Below the pieces are notes generated by a model. That model saw only the letters and a program-made list of their open reading frames with translations. It was not told where the DNA came from and did not search any database. Source: a virus. Taken from it: DNA of 64,000 nucleotides. How positions within the stretch are numbered: position 1 is the first letter of the stretch; the number at the start of each line of letters is the position of its first letter. This document shows, piece by piece, positions 39,230 through 49,382 of this stretch. The position numbers were made by a program, and so were the translations under genes. The stretch lies in IMG/VR virus record IMGVR_UViG_3300033562_000245, positions 54,499 to 118,498 of that record. One strand, 5' to 3'.

Positions 39230-39256
39230 TATACCTGGGCCCGATGCCCAGGTATA
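39230..39256. terminator. Bidirectional terminator-like hairpin
   Basis: TATACCTGGGC-CCGAT-GCCCAGGTATA between convergent genes. Confidence 0.8.
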
Positions 39257-39278
39257 ATACATATTTATTTTTTTTAAC

Positions 39279-41174
39279 TTAATCGGGAATCTCTACTACG
39301 TCATCAAAAAATTGCTTACTGTCTGCTATTATTTCTGCCATACGTGTAGAAAGATTTGGTTCTTCACCTGTATCCAATTCAAACGTTATAATAAAACAGT
39401 CAGTATCGGCACCTATTCTGTGGATACGATCACTAGTCTGTAAATATTCATGATACCTAAAAGGTCTGTTCAAGAATATTAATGTATTGGCCGCTGTTAA
39501 TGTCACACCGGTTGATAACATATTAATACTAGCAATGAGAGGATTGATTTTAGGATTAGTTTGAAATTCATGAATATGGGCCGCTACGTCAGATGCCGTT
39601 TTACCGTATACAGGAATAGAATGGTATCCCTTACTTATAAAGTATTCATTAGCTGTTTCGATAGTGTCTGTGTATGATGTAAATAATACTGTCTTTTTTA
39701 TAGCTTCATCAACATAAGAAGTTATATCAGAATGTTTAAGTATATCACTTGTCATTTGCATACGTTTGCGAGTAAACAATTGACCTATAACTTCACCTTG
39801 AACTTTTAAATTTACGTATTTAACAGCAGCCTTACAATTATTAAAAAGTTTCTTCAGATCATTGGGAAGGATAGGAATGATAACTTCTTTCTCATACTTA
39901 TTAATAGTTTGTATAAGCATTCTATCGTTACTATTTAGTACCGATACAACCCTACTATTAAAATCTTCAACGGTACTTATATAAAATTGAAATTCTCTAT
40001 CGTTTTTAAATTTTGAGATACTTTTCAAATACCCCATAACGATATAGAAATCTTTTTTATAAGAAGCCATCTTATCGGCATGGAATTTCATACGTGTTTT
40101 TATAAATTCGGCAACTTCTTTTTTGATCGTAGTAGCCGTATAATCAGATCCGTTTGGAAGTTTAATTTTAACCGTTGACTCATATTTTTCAGGTAAAGCT
40201 AATACTTCACTCTTAAGTTTCCTATGCATCATAGATTGAAGTCTAGCCCTAAGAATATCAGTACCTATATTCGTATTGAGACCAAATGCTTTCTTAAAAA
40301 TAATAACAGCTTCTTTATCAAAGAAATTATCAATAGCAAGTAGTAGAGGTATGATTTCTACACCAGCATTCTTCAGAGGAGTTCCGCTCATCAATAGCAT
40401 ATCGACAGTTCCGGTTCGCTCCCGAAGCTCAATAAGTTTATTAGTTCTCCCTGACGCCATACGTAAAAAGTTGTGACTCTCGTCTACTATAACTCCAACG
40501 CTATCGCCTAATTTATTTAAGATGGGATCAAGTTTATCAATAGCTTCGTAGTTTACGATAAAAAAATCATAACTTGTATTTAGGGTACTTTGTCCCGAAA
40601 CAAATATCTTTTTGGTTTTATTAAAATACTTTTCAATATGATGAACCCAAACAGTTTCGAGAATCGATTTTGGGGCTAGAATAATAACCTTCTTTTTACC
40701 GAGCCCGACCATTAGTATTAAAGAGGTCAGTGTTTTTCCAAGCCCCTGATCAAAAGAAAGTAGAGCCCCATTTAAACAAGCCCTTTGTCTAATTATATCG
40801 TAATTTTCAACGAACTCAGTCTGATAAGGAAGAGGTGTACAACTCATCTCTGCATGGACCAACTTAATATCAAATCTATTTGTATACGAACTGCTAGCCG
40901 CAATCCCTACCCAAGTATTATTAAATATTTCACCGCTTAGACTCATAGGGTAGTTAAACTTATCTAATAAATATAATAACTCAGGAATAAAAAACTTATG
41001 GACTTTTACAGTTCTGTTGTCCCAGGATATAAAACCTAGCGCTTCATATAAATTAGCAAGTCTACTAGTACCATAGAATCTTCTTAGTTTGGCAGTAAAT
41101 GTCTTCATAGGGAACCCGCTAATAATGTATGAATTACCAGTTTCTTTTATTTGTTTAAAAAAATTAGCAAACAT
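39279..41174 (-). CDS. SNF2-family (SF2) helicase
   Basis: DQGLGKT, VIVDESH, MSGTP, TGVTLTAA, QTSDRIHRIG. Confidence 0.92.
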   Translation of the reverse strand: MFANFFKQIKETGNSYIISGFPMKTFTAKLRRFYGTSRLANLYEALGFISWDNRTVKVHKFFIPELLYLLDKFNYPMSLSGEIFNNTWVGIAASSSYTNRFDIKLVHAEMSCTPLPYQTEFVENYDIIRQRACLNGALLSFDQGLGKTLTSLILMVGLGKKKVIILAPKSILETVWVHHIEKYFNKTKKIFVSGQSTLNTSYDFFIVNYEAIDKLDPILNKLGDSVGVIVDESHNFLRMASGRTNKLIELRERTGTVDMLLMSGTPLKNAGVEIIPLLLAIDNFFDKEAVIIFKKAFGLNTNIGTDILRARLQSMMHRKLKSEVLALPEKYESTVKIKLPNGSDYTATTIKKEVAEFIKTRMKFHADKMASYKKDFYIVMGYLKSISKFKNDREFQFYISTVEDFNSRVVSVLNSNDRMLIQTINKYEKEVIIPILPNDLKKLFNNCKAAVKYVNLKVQGEVIGQLFTRKRMQMTSDILKHSDITSYVDEAIKKTVLFTSYTDTIETANEYFISKGYHSIPVYGKTASDVAAHIHEFQTNPKINPLIASINMLSTGVTLTAANTLIFLNRPFRYHEYLQTSDRIHRIGADTDCFIITFELDTGEEPNLSTRMAEIIADSKQFFDDVVEIPD

Positions 41175-41178
41175 GTAT

Positions 41179-41424
41179 TTAACCTATATCCGATAAAAAT
41201 AAGACCAGTTCGGCAGGGGAGCAAAACTCTTTGAGTTCGGCAATTTCATCGTCGAAATTTAATTCGTTAGTGAATCTTTCAAAGGCAGACTCATTGTGTT
41301 CGGCTACCTGTAGATCGATACCGTCAACTATATTAGCACAAATATCATTTAAATTATAAAATTTATCATTATTTACAGGAGAATCTTTTAGTGCTTTATT
41401 TATAATATCAAAAACATTAGACAT
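41179..41424 (-). CDS. Small acidic hypothetical protein (81 aa)
   Basis: GAGGT RBS; abuts the helicase start. Confidence 0.65.
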   Translation of the reverse strand: MSNVFDIINKALKDSPVNNDKFYNLNDICANIVDGIDLQVAEHNESAFERFTNELNFDDEIAELKEFCSPAELVLFLSDIG

Positions 41425-41480
41425 AGTTATACCTCGTTATAAAATAATTGTGATTGTAAATAGTTCTTATATTATAAACC

Positions 41481-41561
41481 GAAACACGTAGAATAATTGT
41501 AAAATTACCTGGGGTAAAAACCCCAGGTAATTAGAATGAGACCCGTGTGTTAGTTAACGAG
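41481..41561 (+). repeat. Direct repeat copy 1 flanking the HNH gene (includes terminator 41503-41532)
   Basis: Near-identical to 42149-42231. Confidence 0.9.
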
Positions 41562-41648
41562 GTAAAGCCTTTATTTCTTTATACTAATCCACCTAATATA
41601 ATCTAGGTAATGGTGTTGTATTTATAAATAATAATTAATGAGGGTGTC

Positions 41649-42164
41649 ATGACCGAAAGAAGAAACAAAAGGAACGATATAGTTTTACCAGAAGAGTTTC
41701 AGAAAAAATTAATTGAATTATATCCGGACGTAAATAAAATCTATCCTTATTTACATAAAAAAAGTAACAGAGTGGCACTACGATTGTTAAATAATAAAGA
41801 TCACATTAAAGGAACTTATTTGTCTAGGGCATCATTAGAAGTTAAATTAGGGAGGAGATTAACAAAAAACGAGACTTGCGACCACATAGATGAAGACAAG
41901 ACTAACGACCACCCTGATAATTTACAAATATTAAGCAGGGCACAAAATACTAGTAAAGGACATGCAATGGGTCATTGCCAGGCACCACCACTACACATCG
42001 GAGAAAATCAATGGCAAGCAATCTTAGATCCTGACAAAGTAAGAGAAATTAGAAGGTTGAAATCAGAAGGGTCTTCTGTTGGATCGATATCAAGAAAATT
42101 CGGTATGAAACCGCATAGTATTTATGACGTCACAAGACGTAGATCGTGGAAACACGTAGAATAA
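41649..42164 (+). CDS. HNH homing endonuclease with C-terminal HTH
   Basis: TCDHIDEDKTNDHPDNLQILSRAQN; GEN...AIL...VREIRRL...SISRKFG...SWKHV. Confidence 0.9.
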   Translation: MTERRNKRNDIVLPEEFQKKLIELYPDVNKIYPYLHKKSNRVALRLLNNKDHIKGTYLSRASLEVKLGRRLTKNETCDHIDEDKTNDHPDNLQILSRAQNTSKGHAMGHCQAPPLHIGENQWQAILDPDKVREIRRLKSEGSSVGSISRKFGMKPHSIYDVTRRRSWKHVE

Positions 42165-42231
42165 TATTAATTAATTACCTGGGGTTTTTACCCCAGGTAA
42201 TTAGAATGAGACCCGTGTGTTAGTTAACGAG
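42149..42231 (+). repeat. Direct repeat copy 2 (HNH 3' end, terminator 42172-42203, 3' end of 42220..43044)
   Basis: Near-identical to 41481-41561. Confidence 0.9.
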
Positions 42232-43044
42232 ATACAAATTTCCGTTTCCAAGCGTAATTGTTTGGGTGCTAGATACCAGATCACCGTTACCCTGAGAAGT
42301 TCTATGGATCGATAGTTGAGTATAGATACTTTCTGTGTAAGTAACAGTCCCTGCATTCGCAGCCTGGCCTATTACATTTATTTTATCTTCTCCTGAATAG
42401 ATGCCGATCTCGGAGATTCTACCGTATCTATTGTCGCCTTCAAAGAGAACGTTCACAGCTTCCATAATCTCTTCTTGAGTTATAATGATTTGGGCATTTA
42501 CTTCCGCTACAACTTTGTTCTGTCCGAGAGTATTGGGCTCACCCACAGGGATGACAGGGACAGGGGTTAAATTAGGAATAATAGTGTAGTCACTAACTTG
42601 ATTGTTGACGTCCACTAATTTTAGATTAACGCCCATCGGCATGGTAAGTACTTTTAGATAATAAGCAACATATGTAATGTTATTAATAGTAAGTATAACA
42701 CGCATTCTATATTGAGCTCTCTCTAACGCGGTTAGATCTTCATCGAGAGGTCTGATTCTCCAAGGAATAGGTTGATACAGATCTTGATTATTAGCAGATG
42801 GTACATATGTGTTTATTAGATTGCCTGTGTTACTATTATAACACCCACTGATACCTATGCCGGCGTATCTTAATCCGGGATACGACACTGGAAGACTAAG
42901 TTTTTCAATATTGTATTTAGCGTTTAGAGTCGTATTTAGAAGAGGACTTGCTGCGGTAAGTCCGAGAGGTATTTTCGTTTCTTCCATGAGACGATTCATT
43001 ATACCTGTAATCGTATTTACGGTATATTCTGTTTGTACGGCCAT
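42220..43044 (-). CDS. Virion structural protein, probably baseplate (phiKZ-like)
   Basis: Y.GIGI.G N-terminus; RISEIGIYSG motif typical of tail-collar/baseplate proteins. Confidence 0.6.
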   Translation of the reverse strand: MAVQTEYTVNTITGIMNRLMEETKIPLGLTAASPLLNTTLNAKYNIEKLSLPVSYPGLRYAGIGISGCYNSNTGNLINTYVPSANNQDLYQPIPWRIRPLDEDLTALERAQYRMRVILTINNITYVAYYLKVLTMPMGVNLKLVDVNNQVSDYTIIPNLTPVPVIPVGEPNTLGQNKVVAEVNAQIIITQEEIMEAVNVLFEGDNRYGRISEIGIYSGEDKINVIGQAANAGTVTYTESIYTQLSIHRTSQGNGDLVSSTQTITLGNGNLYLVN

Positions 43045-43107
43045 TAAAAACTCCTTTGCTTTGAGAAATTTTGTTTCTCTCTATAACTTACTTCGTGTAT
43101 TTAAAGT

Positions 43108-45411
43108 TTAAATATCAACAATCGTGTTGATATCGTCGTCTGACATATTTGTATTTAACGCATAATCGTTTAGAATTTCATTTGAATGTTCTATATACCA
43201 TTTCACACCTGTAGCACCCGTCGGTACCGCCGAATGAGCAAGAATATTAGAAAAAGAAACGTGCATGCTGTAGTTTGTCATCCCTTCACCGGTTACTTTT
43301 ATTTCTGAAGGTGTAATTACATTCGTAACCTGAGAATTAACATCGTTGAAACAATTAACCGTAGGGGTTGCATTCTCTATCGTTACACAGGACCTCACTG
43401 TAACGCTCCCATCTAAATAAGACATATCGTCTATAGGTATAGTATTAAAAATACGAGCTCCTACACCAATATCTGTATTACGGACAATATTCATTTCATT
43501 GTCAATATCGGAACTGCTGTCAACATATTTCCCGTGTAACGGTACGTTTAAGTAAGAATCTTTTGTTGTTTCCAAGAAACCTACAGTATAACTACACAAA
43601 GAAACAAATAGCTCCTTGAGTTTTAAATATTTACTATCTAAAACATTTCCATTATTTACAATATCGCGATCGATACTCGACGGGAATATTATGTCTGCTA
43701 AGTCGGATATAAACTCTTCCGATTCAATCTGAGTATTACCCTTCAGACTATTAGTGAGATTTACTAAATCCGGATCTTCTTCGAACCATTCTCGATACGT
43801 AGCGTAACCAGGAACCAAATTAATAGGTAAACTACCTGTCAAAAGATATGGTTGGTACGTATGTTCTATTGCCTCATTTAACAAACCGTCGGAAAGACTT
43901 CTTTGATATATAGAAGTATTATAAATAATTTGAAATTTAGAATCTAAATATTTCATAGCATCAAACGGAGACTGATGTGACATAGAAGAATTCATATTCA
44001 ATAATTCAGGCAACATTCTTTCTATGTATGTATATTTTATTCCGTTATATGTCATTTTAGCATTAGTAATATTCAAACAATCTTTAAATATCGTATCGGC
44101 AGCCATCGATGAGGGTATTCTCATGTCTATTAACGCATCTAAACTTTCAGGGTTACTTAAATTTAATTCTATGTGTATACAGTAATTAAATAAAGCCAGA
44201 GCCTTTCCTACGTCCAATGTTTTAGAATTAGTAGAATTATTAAAACTAAATCGAATATTATAATCTAAGCACCCTTTGCTATATTTATATATATAGTTTT
44301 GAATTATAAATCTAGTATAAAGTGATTGATATTCTAACCACATTGTTTTCTTATCTATTTCTATAATTCTTGTTGGGTGATACGTCGAAGTATTCTTGCT
44401 AAAGAAATCATCGGTATTTTGAATGTCATCTAACGTACCTGTTTGCCGTAGATTATTATCAACTTCTCTTCGTATTATGGATGCGATCGACTCATACGAC
44501 GATGCAGTATTCTCCAACGGAGGTGTGTTTGCATTAACATCCTCAGATATAATTTCAGGAATGGCTAACGGGTTTTCGATCCCGTCCCCATAATTTAGCA
44601 TTATAGATTTTTGTTTGAGTACAACATTATAAGTATTCAACAGATTATCCGATAACAATTGTAGATTACTATTCTTACCTCTATTTCTTGTTAGATAATC
44701 TATATTTTTATATAACCAATATTGCTGATTAATACTTAAAACAGTTCTATAGTCTTTGAGTCCGTTAGAAGTTAAATAATTCCATATATGTTCTACATGT
44801 ACTTCTGGGGTTCTAATATTTTTAATTCTTTGAAGATACAAGTTTAAAAATAAAATTTGCCACAGAGAAGACCACAGCAACATAGGATAAGTATCTGCAT
44901 ATAAAAAAGCTTCTACATACCAAATATTTTTAAATTCAGTTACCGTATCGATCATACATTGGAGCATCGACGGTAATTCATTTTTTTGTAAAAGCGATTG
45001 GTCGTATTTTAATATCGTAAAATCTTCAGCCTCTATCGCAAAGTCTATCGAGTCCACAGGATATATTATAGATTCGGCTAAATGTTTTTGGGTCGGATAT
45101 TGCATACACAAGTCGTCTAATTTTATACTAGGGAGTCGATATCTTTCCAGAGTGGTGGGGTTGGTATTTGATAGATTTTTAGAGAACAATACTTGTTGTC
45201 CGGTTTCTACGCTATTAACATACATAAGTGTATTATAAGGACTATACTCACCACACATATTTAGATAGTAAGGGTTATCTTCGTCGTTTAAATAAGCTAA
45301 CCCATTATTAAGCATAGTTTGATCTTTTATTCTATTTGCTATAAAAGAATGTTTTATCGTAACAGATCTTAGGAAATTATATATCTCTGAGGTATATAGA
45401 TCTAAAGCCAT
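43108..45411 (-). CDS. Virion structural protein (phiKZ gp128-like position)
   Basis: 767 aa; DNPYYLNMCGEY; YL.RNRGK; head-to-head with the portal-like gene. Confidence 0.6.
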   Translation of the reverse strand: MALDLYTSEIYNFLRSVTIKHSFIANRIKDQTMLNNGLAYLNDEDNPYYLNMCGEYSPYNTLMYVNSVETGQQVLFSKNLSNTNPTTLERYRLPSIKLDDLCMQYPTQKHLAESIIYPVDSIDFAIEAEDFTILKYDQSLLQKNELPSMLQCMIDTVTEFKNIWYVEAFLYADTYPMLLWSSLWQILFLNLYLQRIKNIRTPEVHVEHIWNYLTSNGLKDYRTVLSINQQYWLYKNIDYLTRNRGKNSNLQLLSDNLLNTYNVVLKQKSIMLNYGDGIENPLAIPEIISEDVNANTPPLENTASSYESIASIIRREVDNNLRQTGTLDDIQNTDDFFSKNTSTYHPTRIIEIDKKTMWLEYQSLYTRFIIQNYIYKYSKGCLDYNIRFSFNNSTNSKTLDVGKALALFNYCIHIELNLSNPESLDALIDMRIPSSMAADTIFKDCLNITNAKMTYNGIKYTYIERMLPELLNMNSSMSHQSPFDAMKYLDSKFQIIYNTSIYQRSLSDGLLNEAIEHTYQPYLLTGSLPINLVPGYATYREWFEEDPDLVNLTNSLKGNTQIESEEFISDLADIIFPSSIDRDIVNNGNVLDSKYLKLKELFVSLCSYTVGFLETTKDSYLNVPLHGKYVDSSSDIDNEMNIVRNTDIGVGARIFNTIPIDDMSYLDGSVTVRSCVTIENATPTVNCFNDVNSQVTNVITPSEIKVTGEGMTNYSMHVSFSNILAHSAVPTGATGVKWYIEHSNEILNDYALNTNMSDDDINTIVDI

Positions 45412-45536
45412 CGAGATCTCCTTAACTTACTATTTTGTATAACAAAATAGGAATCATTTAAATTCCTCGTTTTATTTTCATGGGTTATAGTTTAATCTCT
45501 TTTACTTGAGATGACGGATAGCTGCGGAGATTCACA

Positions 45537-48389
45537 ATGAATGACAAAAATCTTATCGTACGAAGTTTAGATAGATTACGTACAATATTTTCATCAGGTA
45601 TGAATACAATTTCTCCCGATGAAAATGTTCTAACTAAGCCATCTAACTCGTTAGTAATTAAAGGCGTTTATAATCAAAATGAATTAAAATCGTTGTATAA
45701 AAAAAATATAACGAATTCAGAAAATCTTTCAGGCACAGGTGCTGATCTATATACTTTCTTAAAAGACACCTCTTTAAATACCAATGAAGTTATTAAAAGA
45801 AATAACAGCATTGCGAATTTAATCCCCGAAATAAACCCAGCAAAGAACGTTTGGGTTACATGCCTTTTGTCTCCTACCGACTTACAAACAGACTCTGTTG
45901 GTTTCTCTTTAGATGTTGATTATGTATCCGAAGAAGTTCGTAAAGATATAGAAAAACTATATAGTAGTTTATTTAATGACGAATTAAAGATAGATTCTAA
46001 ACTGGCTAAATATATAGGTGATTGTTTGTTTGGAGCAGGATCGGCTCCTGTATTAGTTCTTCCTAAGCACAATCTAAATATGCTTAGATGTGCTATTGAT
46101 ATAAAGAATATCGGGCAAATAACAACCGAATCTATTAATCAATATGATAAGTATTATAACCAGATGAACGAAAAACATGATTTAGATAATAAATCTATAT
46201 TGTCTAAATTAAAAATAATGAATCCAAATGGATCTAATCTAGGCATAGGTCTAGAGAACATGAAGATCGAGTTAAATAAAACGAACCCGAACCTTTATGA
46301 TTACGTAACCGACATTGATTTTAAAGAGATACTCGATTCAATTCCAGCAGAAACGGGGGTTGAAAAATTAGGGTATGCGAAGTCCCTTATAAAGGACGTC
46401 AATAGTTGGTTTATTAAGTATAATAGTCATATTGTAGTTAGTAATAACCACAGTGTTATTACGGACAGAAAAGAAGCTGTTAATAAAGTTCTTGATGATA
46501 TGTCAGGTATACTTAATGTTTCAAGTAAGAAGGAAGCTGCTAAAGAATATAACGATATGTTTCAAAGCAGGCATCAGATGCAGACCTCTACTACTACGAG
46601 ATCTACTGTAATTCTTTCTGATAGAATTACAGACAATAAAGACGATATTCCCATCTTGTTGGATATACCCTCTGAATGTGTAATACCTGTATGTCAGCCA
46701 GGATTTAACGATGAACATCTTGGTTACTTTGTTCTCGTAGAGCAGTGGGGAACTCCGATGTCTAAAGCTTTAATGACGGGCTTTGAATCACGATTCTCTT
46801 CTAATCTTGTTGACATGGCAGTCACTGCCGTTTACGGGCAGGGTGGACAGGCAGGCCAAAAAGATGGTAGGATGAATAACATTCAAAAATACAATGCCGC
46901 ATTAACTGTATTTGATATAACCATCTCTAAATTGCTAGAAAATAAATTAAATGATTTTGGTTTGCACGGAATGACTGTTGGTAGATATCAAACAATCAGT
47001 AGATGTTTATTTCATCATCTTCTTCAAGAAAAAGATGTTGGTTTAATATTTGTTCCTAAATCATTGATGACTTATTTTGCTTTTGATTATAGAGCCGACG
47101 GTACAGGTAAGTCTCTATTAGAAGACATAGAATTTATGTTATCTATGAGATCTACTCTTCTTGTATCTAAAGTTCTTGCTATGACTAGAGCTGCTGTGGA
47201 AAAAACAGAGATTGAAATTGACATGTCGAATAATCTCCAAGCATTGCAGACTATGAATATATTCAAGAGCGCTTATTACACCAAAAACTCATTGAAACTA
47301 TCCAATGACCCGGACATGATTGTTAGGAATATTTTGGATTCTCGTTTAAGGTTCAAACCAAAGAATCTAAAAGGTTTAGAAGAATACTCTATAAATACCA
47401 ACGTAGAATCTACCCCAACAGTTAAACCTGATGAAGAACTATTGGAGCACTTCGATAAGTTTATTTATATAGCCTTTGGGTTCCCGAAATCGGCTCTAGA
47501 AGAGAATGAGAATTTAGATCGGGTAGCATCGCTAGCATCAAGAAACATATTCTTTGCTAATGAAGTAAGATCTAAACAAAAGGTTCTAATTCCTCATATT
47601 AAGAAGTTCACTTTTACGTATGTTACTCATTGTAGAATATTTAAAGATAAAATTCTAAGTATCCTAGAGAAGCATTACATCATCGACGATGAAACAGAAG
47701 AAAAAGATTTAGATCCGACAGTATCTAGTCACATCCCTGTGGATAAAGAAAATCCACCAGAAAAACTAGATGATGTTGATTCTTCTGATGAATCTGAAGA
47801 CGAAGACAGTGACGACAATGAAGAAGTGGACGACAATGATCTTGCAGTTAAACCCAAAGTAAAAAATGAAGACGGGAAGAAGATTGTTACTATCAAAGAC
47901 GAAACTTATATAAAAGCTATAAGTAGAGATTCTAATAAGAAAAAAGGTAAAACTATTTCTTCCCAGAAAGAAAAGATTACCAGAGAGCAGGCTGAGACTA
48001 TATTCTCTAAGATAATTAAGGATATAACCCCAACGTTACCTTTCCCGAACATATCAAAAGGGAAGGCTCAATACGAGGAAGTTTCTAATTATATTAAGGC
48101 CGTTGGAGAGATAGTAGATGCGCTATACACAGACGATATGATATCTGTAGATAACGAAGGAATTAAAACTCAATACGCCGCTTCTAAATCTATAATCAAA
48201 GCTAGTTTAATAAAGAAGTTTATCAGCAATATAGGTAAACAAGATCTGTTCGATATACCTGAATTGGCAGATCTTGATATTAAGAAATTAAGTGAGAATA
48301 ATCAAATTCTTCTTAATACGCATAAGATTCTTAATGACGAAATTAAACAGTTAGATATAGCTTCAGCAGGACAAGATTCGGGATATTAA
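45537..48389 (+). CDS. Probable portal protein (phiKZ gp129-like)
   Basis: 950 aa; FGAGSAPVLVLP, GYFVLV...GTP, YFAFDYRADGTGKSLLED; synteny. Confidence 0.6.
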   Translation: MNDKNLIVRSLDRLRTIFSSGMNTISPDENVLTKPSNSLVIKGVYNQNELKSLYKKNITNSENLSGTGADLYTFLKDTSLNTNEVIKRNNSIANLIPEINPAKNVWVTCLLSPTDLQTDSVGFSLDVDYVSEEVRKDIEKLYSSLFNDELKIDSKLAKYIGDCLFGAGSAPVLVLPKHNLNMLRCAIDIKNIGQITTESINQYDKYYNQMNEKHDLDNKSILSKLKIMNPNGSNLGIGLENMKIELNKTNPNLYDYVTDIDFKEILDSIPAETGVEKLGYAKSLIKDVNSWFIKYNSHIVVSNNHSVITDRKEAVNKVLDDMSGILNVSSKKEAAKEYNDMFQSRHQMQTSTTTRSTVILSDRITDNKDDIPILLDIPSECVIPVCQPGFNDEHLGYFVLVEQWGTPMSKALMTGFESRFSSNLVDMAVTAVYGQGGQAGQKDGRMNNIQKYNAALTVFDITISKLLENKLNDFGLHGMTVGRYQTISRCLFHHLLQEKDVGLIFVPKSLMTYFAFDYRADGTGKSLLEDIEFMLSMRSTLLVSKVLAMTRAAVEKTEIEIDMSNNLQALQTMNIFKSAYYTKNSLKLSNDPDMIVRNILDSRLRFKPKNLKGLEEYSINTNVESTPTVKPDEELLEHFDKFIYIAFGFPKSALEENENLDRVASLASRNIFFANEVRSKQKVLIPHIKKFTFTYVTHCRIFKDKILSILEKHYIIDDETEEKDLDPTVSSHIPVDKENPPEKLDDVDSSDESEDEDSDDNEEVDDNDLAVKPKVKNEDGKKIVTIKDETYIKAISRDSNKKKGKTISSQKEKITREQAETIFSKIIKDITPTLPFPNISKGKAQYEEVSNYIKAVGEIVDALYTDDMISVDNEGIKTQYAASKSIIKASLIKKFISNIGKQDLFDIPELADLDIKKLSENNQILLNTHKILNDEIKQLDIASAGQDSGY

Positions 48390-48399
48390 AAGTATAGAC

Positions 48400-48429
48400 T
48401 ACCTAGCTGGGCGCAAGCCCAGCTAGGTA
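48400..48429. terminator. Bidirectional terminator-like hairpin
   Basis: TACCTAGCTGGGC-GCAA-GCCCAGCTAGGTA between convergent genes. Confidence 0.85.
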
Positions 48430-48443
48430 ACTATATTTCTATA

Positions 48444-49292
48444 CTACACGGCTGCAGCAATTACGTCGCTAATATCCCTAGCAAGACCTGTATTTTTGAT
48501 GTTCTTATTAACACCAGTAATACCTGTCCCTAGTTTTCTGTAGTTAACTGTTTCTAGTTGCATTGTTTGCCATAGCAACTGGCCGATAGCATTAGTATCG
48601 GCATTATGAATCTGGTAACCGGCAAAGTTGATACTTCTTTCGGGTACATGGGTACCTGTCATTTCAACCTTAGCACCAAGCTCACCAGTAGTTTTAGGCC
48701 AAATGTTAGTAATGATGTAGGACTGAAGAAGTCTGTTTGCCTGGAAAGTCATATCCGGCTGCATTACAAACATAGTAAGACCGAATAACTGATAGTCATA
48801 AGTCTCATCTCTATTGATTGTATTTTTCAAGCCGATGGCATCCGTATCAGGATCCTGGATATCAGTCAACCATTTCCACATAGCATTCCAAACAACGTTG
48901 CCAATGTACTCTGGCCAGGTGCCGTTTGGAGAAGGCTGGGTTCTTTTGGATTTAGTGGGCATTTCAAGAGACTGGCCGTCACGACCAATTTCGGTACCGG
49001 CTTCATCCAAACTGTACATCAAGTCAATACCTGACCAACTTTTTGCACAAGACTCAAACAGTGTTTTGAGAAGGAATGCAAACGATAGGTTATTATCATA
49101 CATTCGAGGTGTTTCTGTTACAACAACCAAAGCTCTAGGAAGAACTAGAGGAGAGGATGCTGCCATTGTACTGTATATAGGGCCAGTACCGTACTGACCA
49201 CCTGCCGCCGCTAAGTTTGCAATTTTACCTGCCGTTGCGGCCCCTTGGGCTTGGGCCTGGCCTATAAAATCAATAGCTAAATTATCACTCAT
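48444..49292 (-). CDS. Tail tube protein (phiKZ gp30-like)
   Basis: 282 aa immediately downstream of the sheath; IGRDGQSLEMPTKSKRTQPSP..TWPE..GN...W..W. Confidence 0.75.
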   Translation of the reverse strand: MSDNLAIDFIGQAQAQGAATAGKIANLAAAGGQYGTGPIYSTMAASSPLVLPRALVVVTETPRMYDNNLSFAFLLKTLFESCAKSWSGIDLMYSLDEAGTEIGRDGQSLEMPTKSKRTQPSPNGTWPEYIGNVVWNAMWKWLTDIQDPDTDAIGLKNTINRDETYDYQLFGLTMFVMQPDMTFQANRLLQSYIITNIWPKTTGELGAKVEMTGTHVPERSINFAGYQIHNADTNAIGQLLWQTMQLETVNYRKLGTGITGVNKNIKNTGLARDISDVIAAAV

Positions 49293-49382
49293 ATTAAACC
49301 CCTTTTTCTTTGAGGAGTCTAATATGGTTATAAACGTTTTGTGATTTATAACACATATTAGAAAGACCCTCCGTAAAAATTA

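Larger units (their letters stand above)
41481..42231 (+). mobile_element. Free-standing HNH cassette bounded by ~82-bp direct repeats
   Basis: Repeat offset 668-670 bp; gene is opposite in orientation to its neighbours. Confidence 0.7.
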
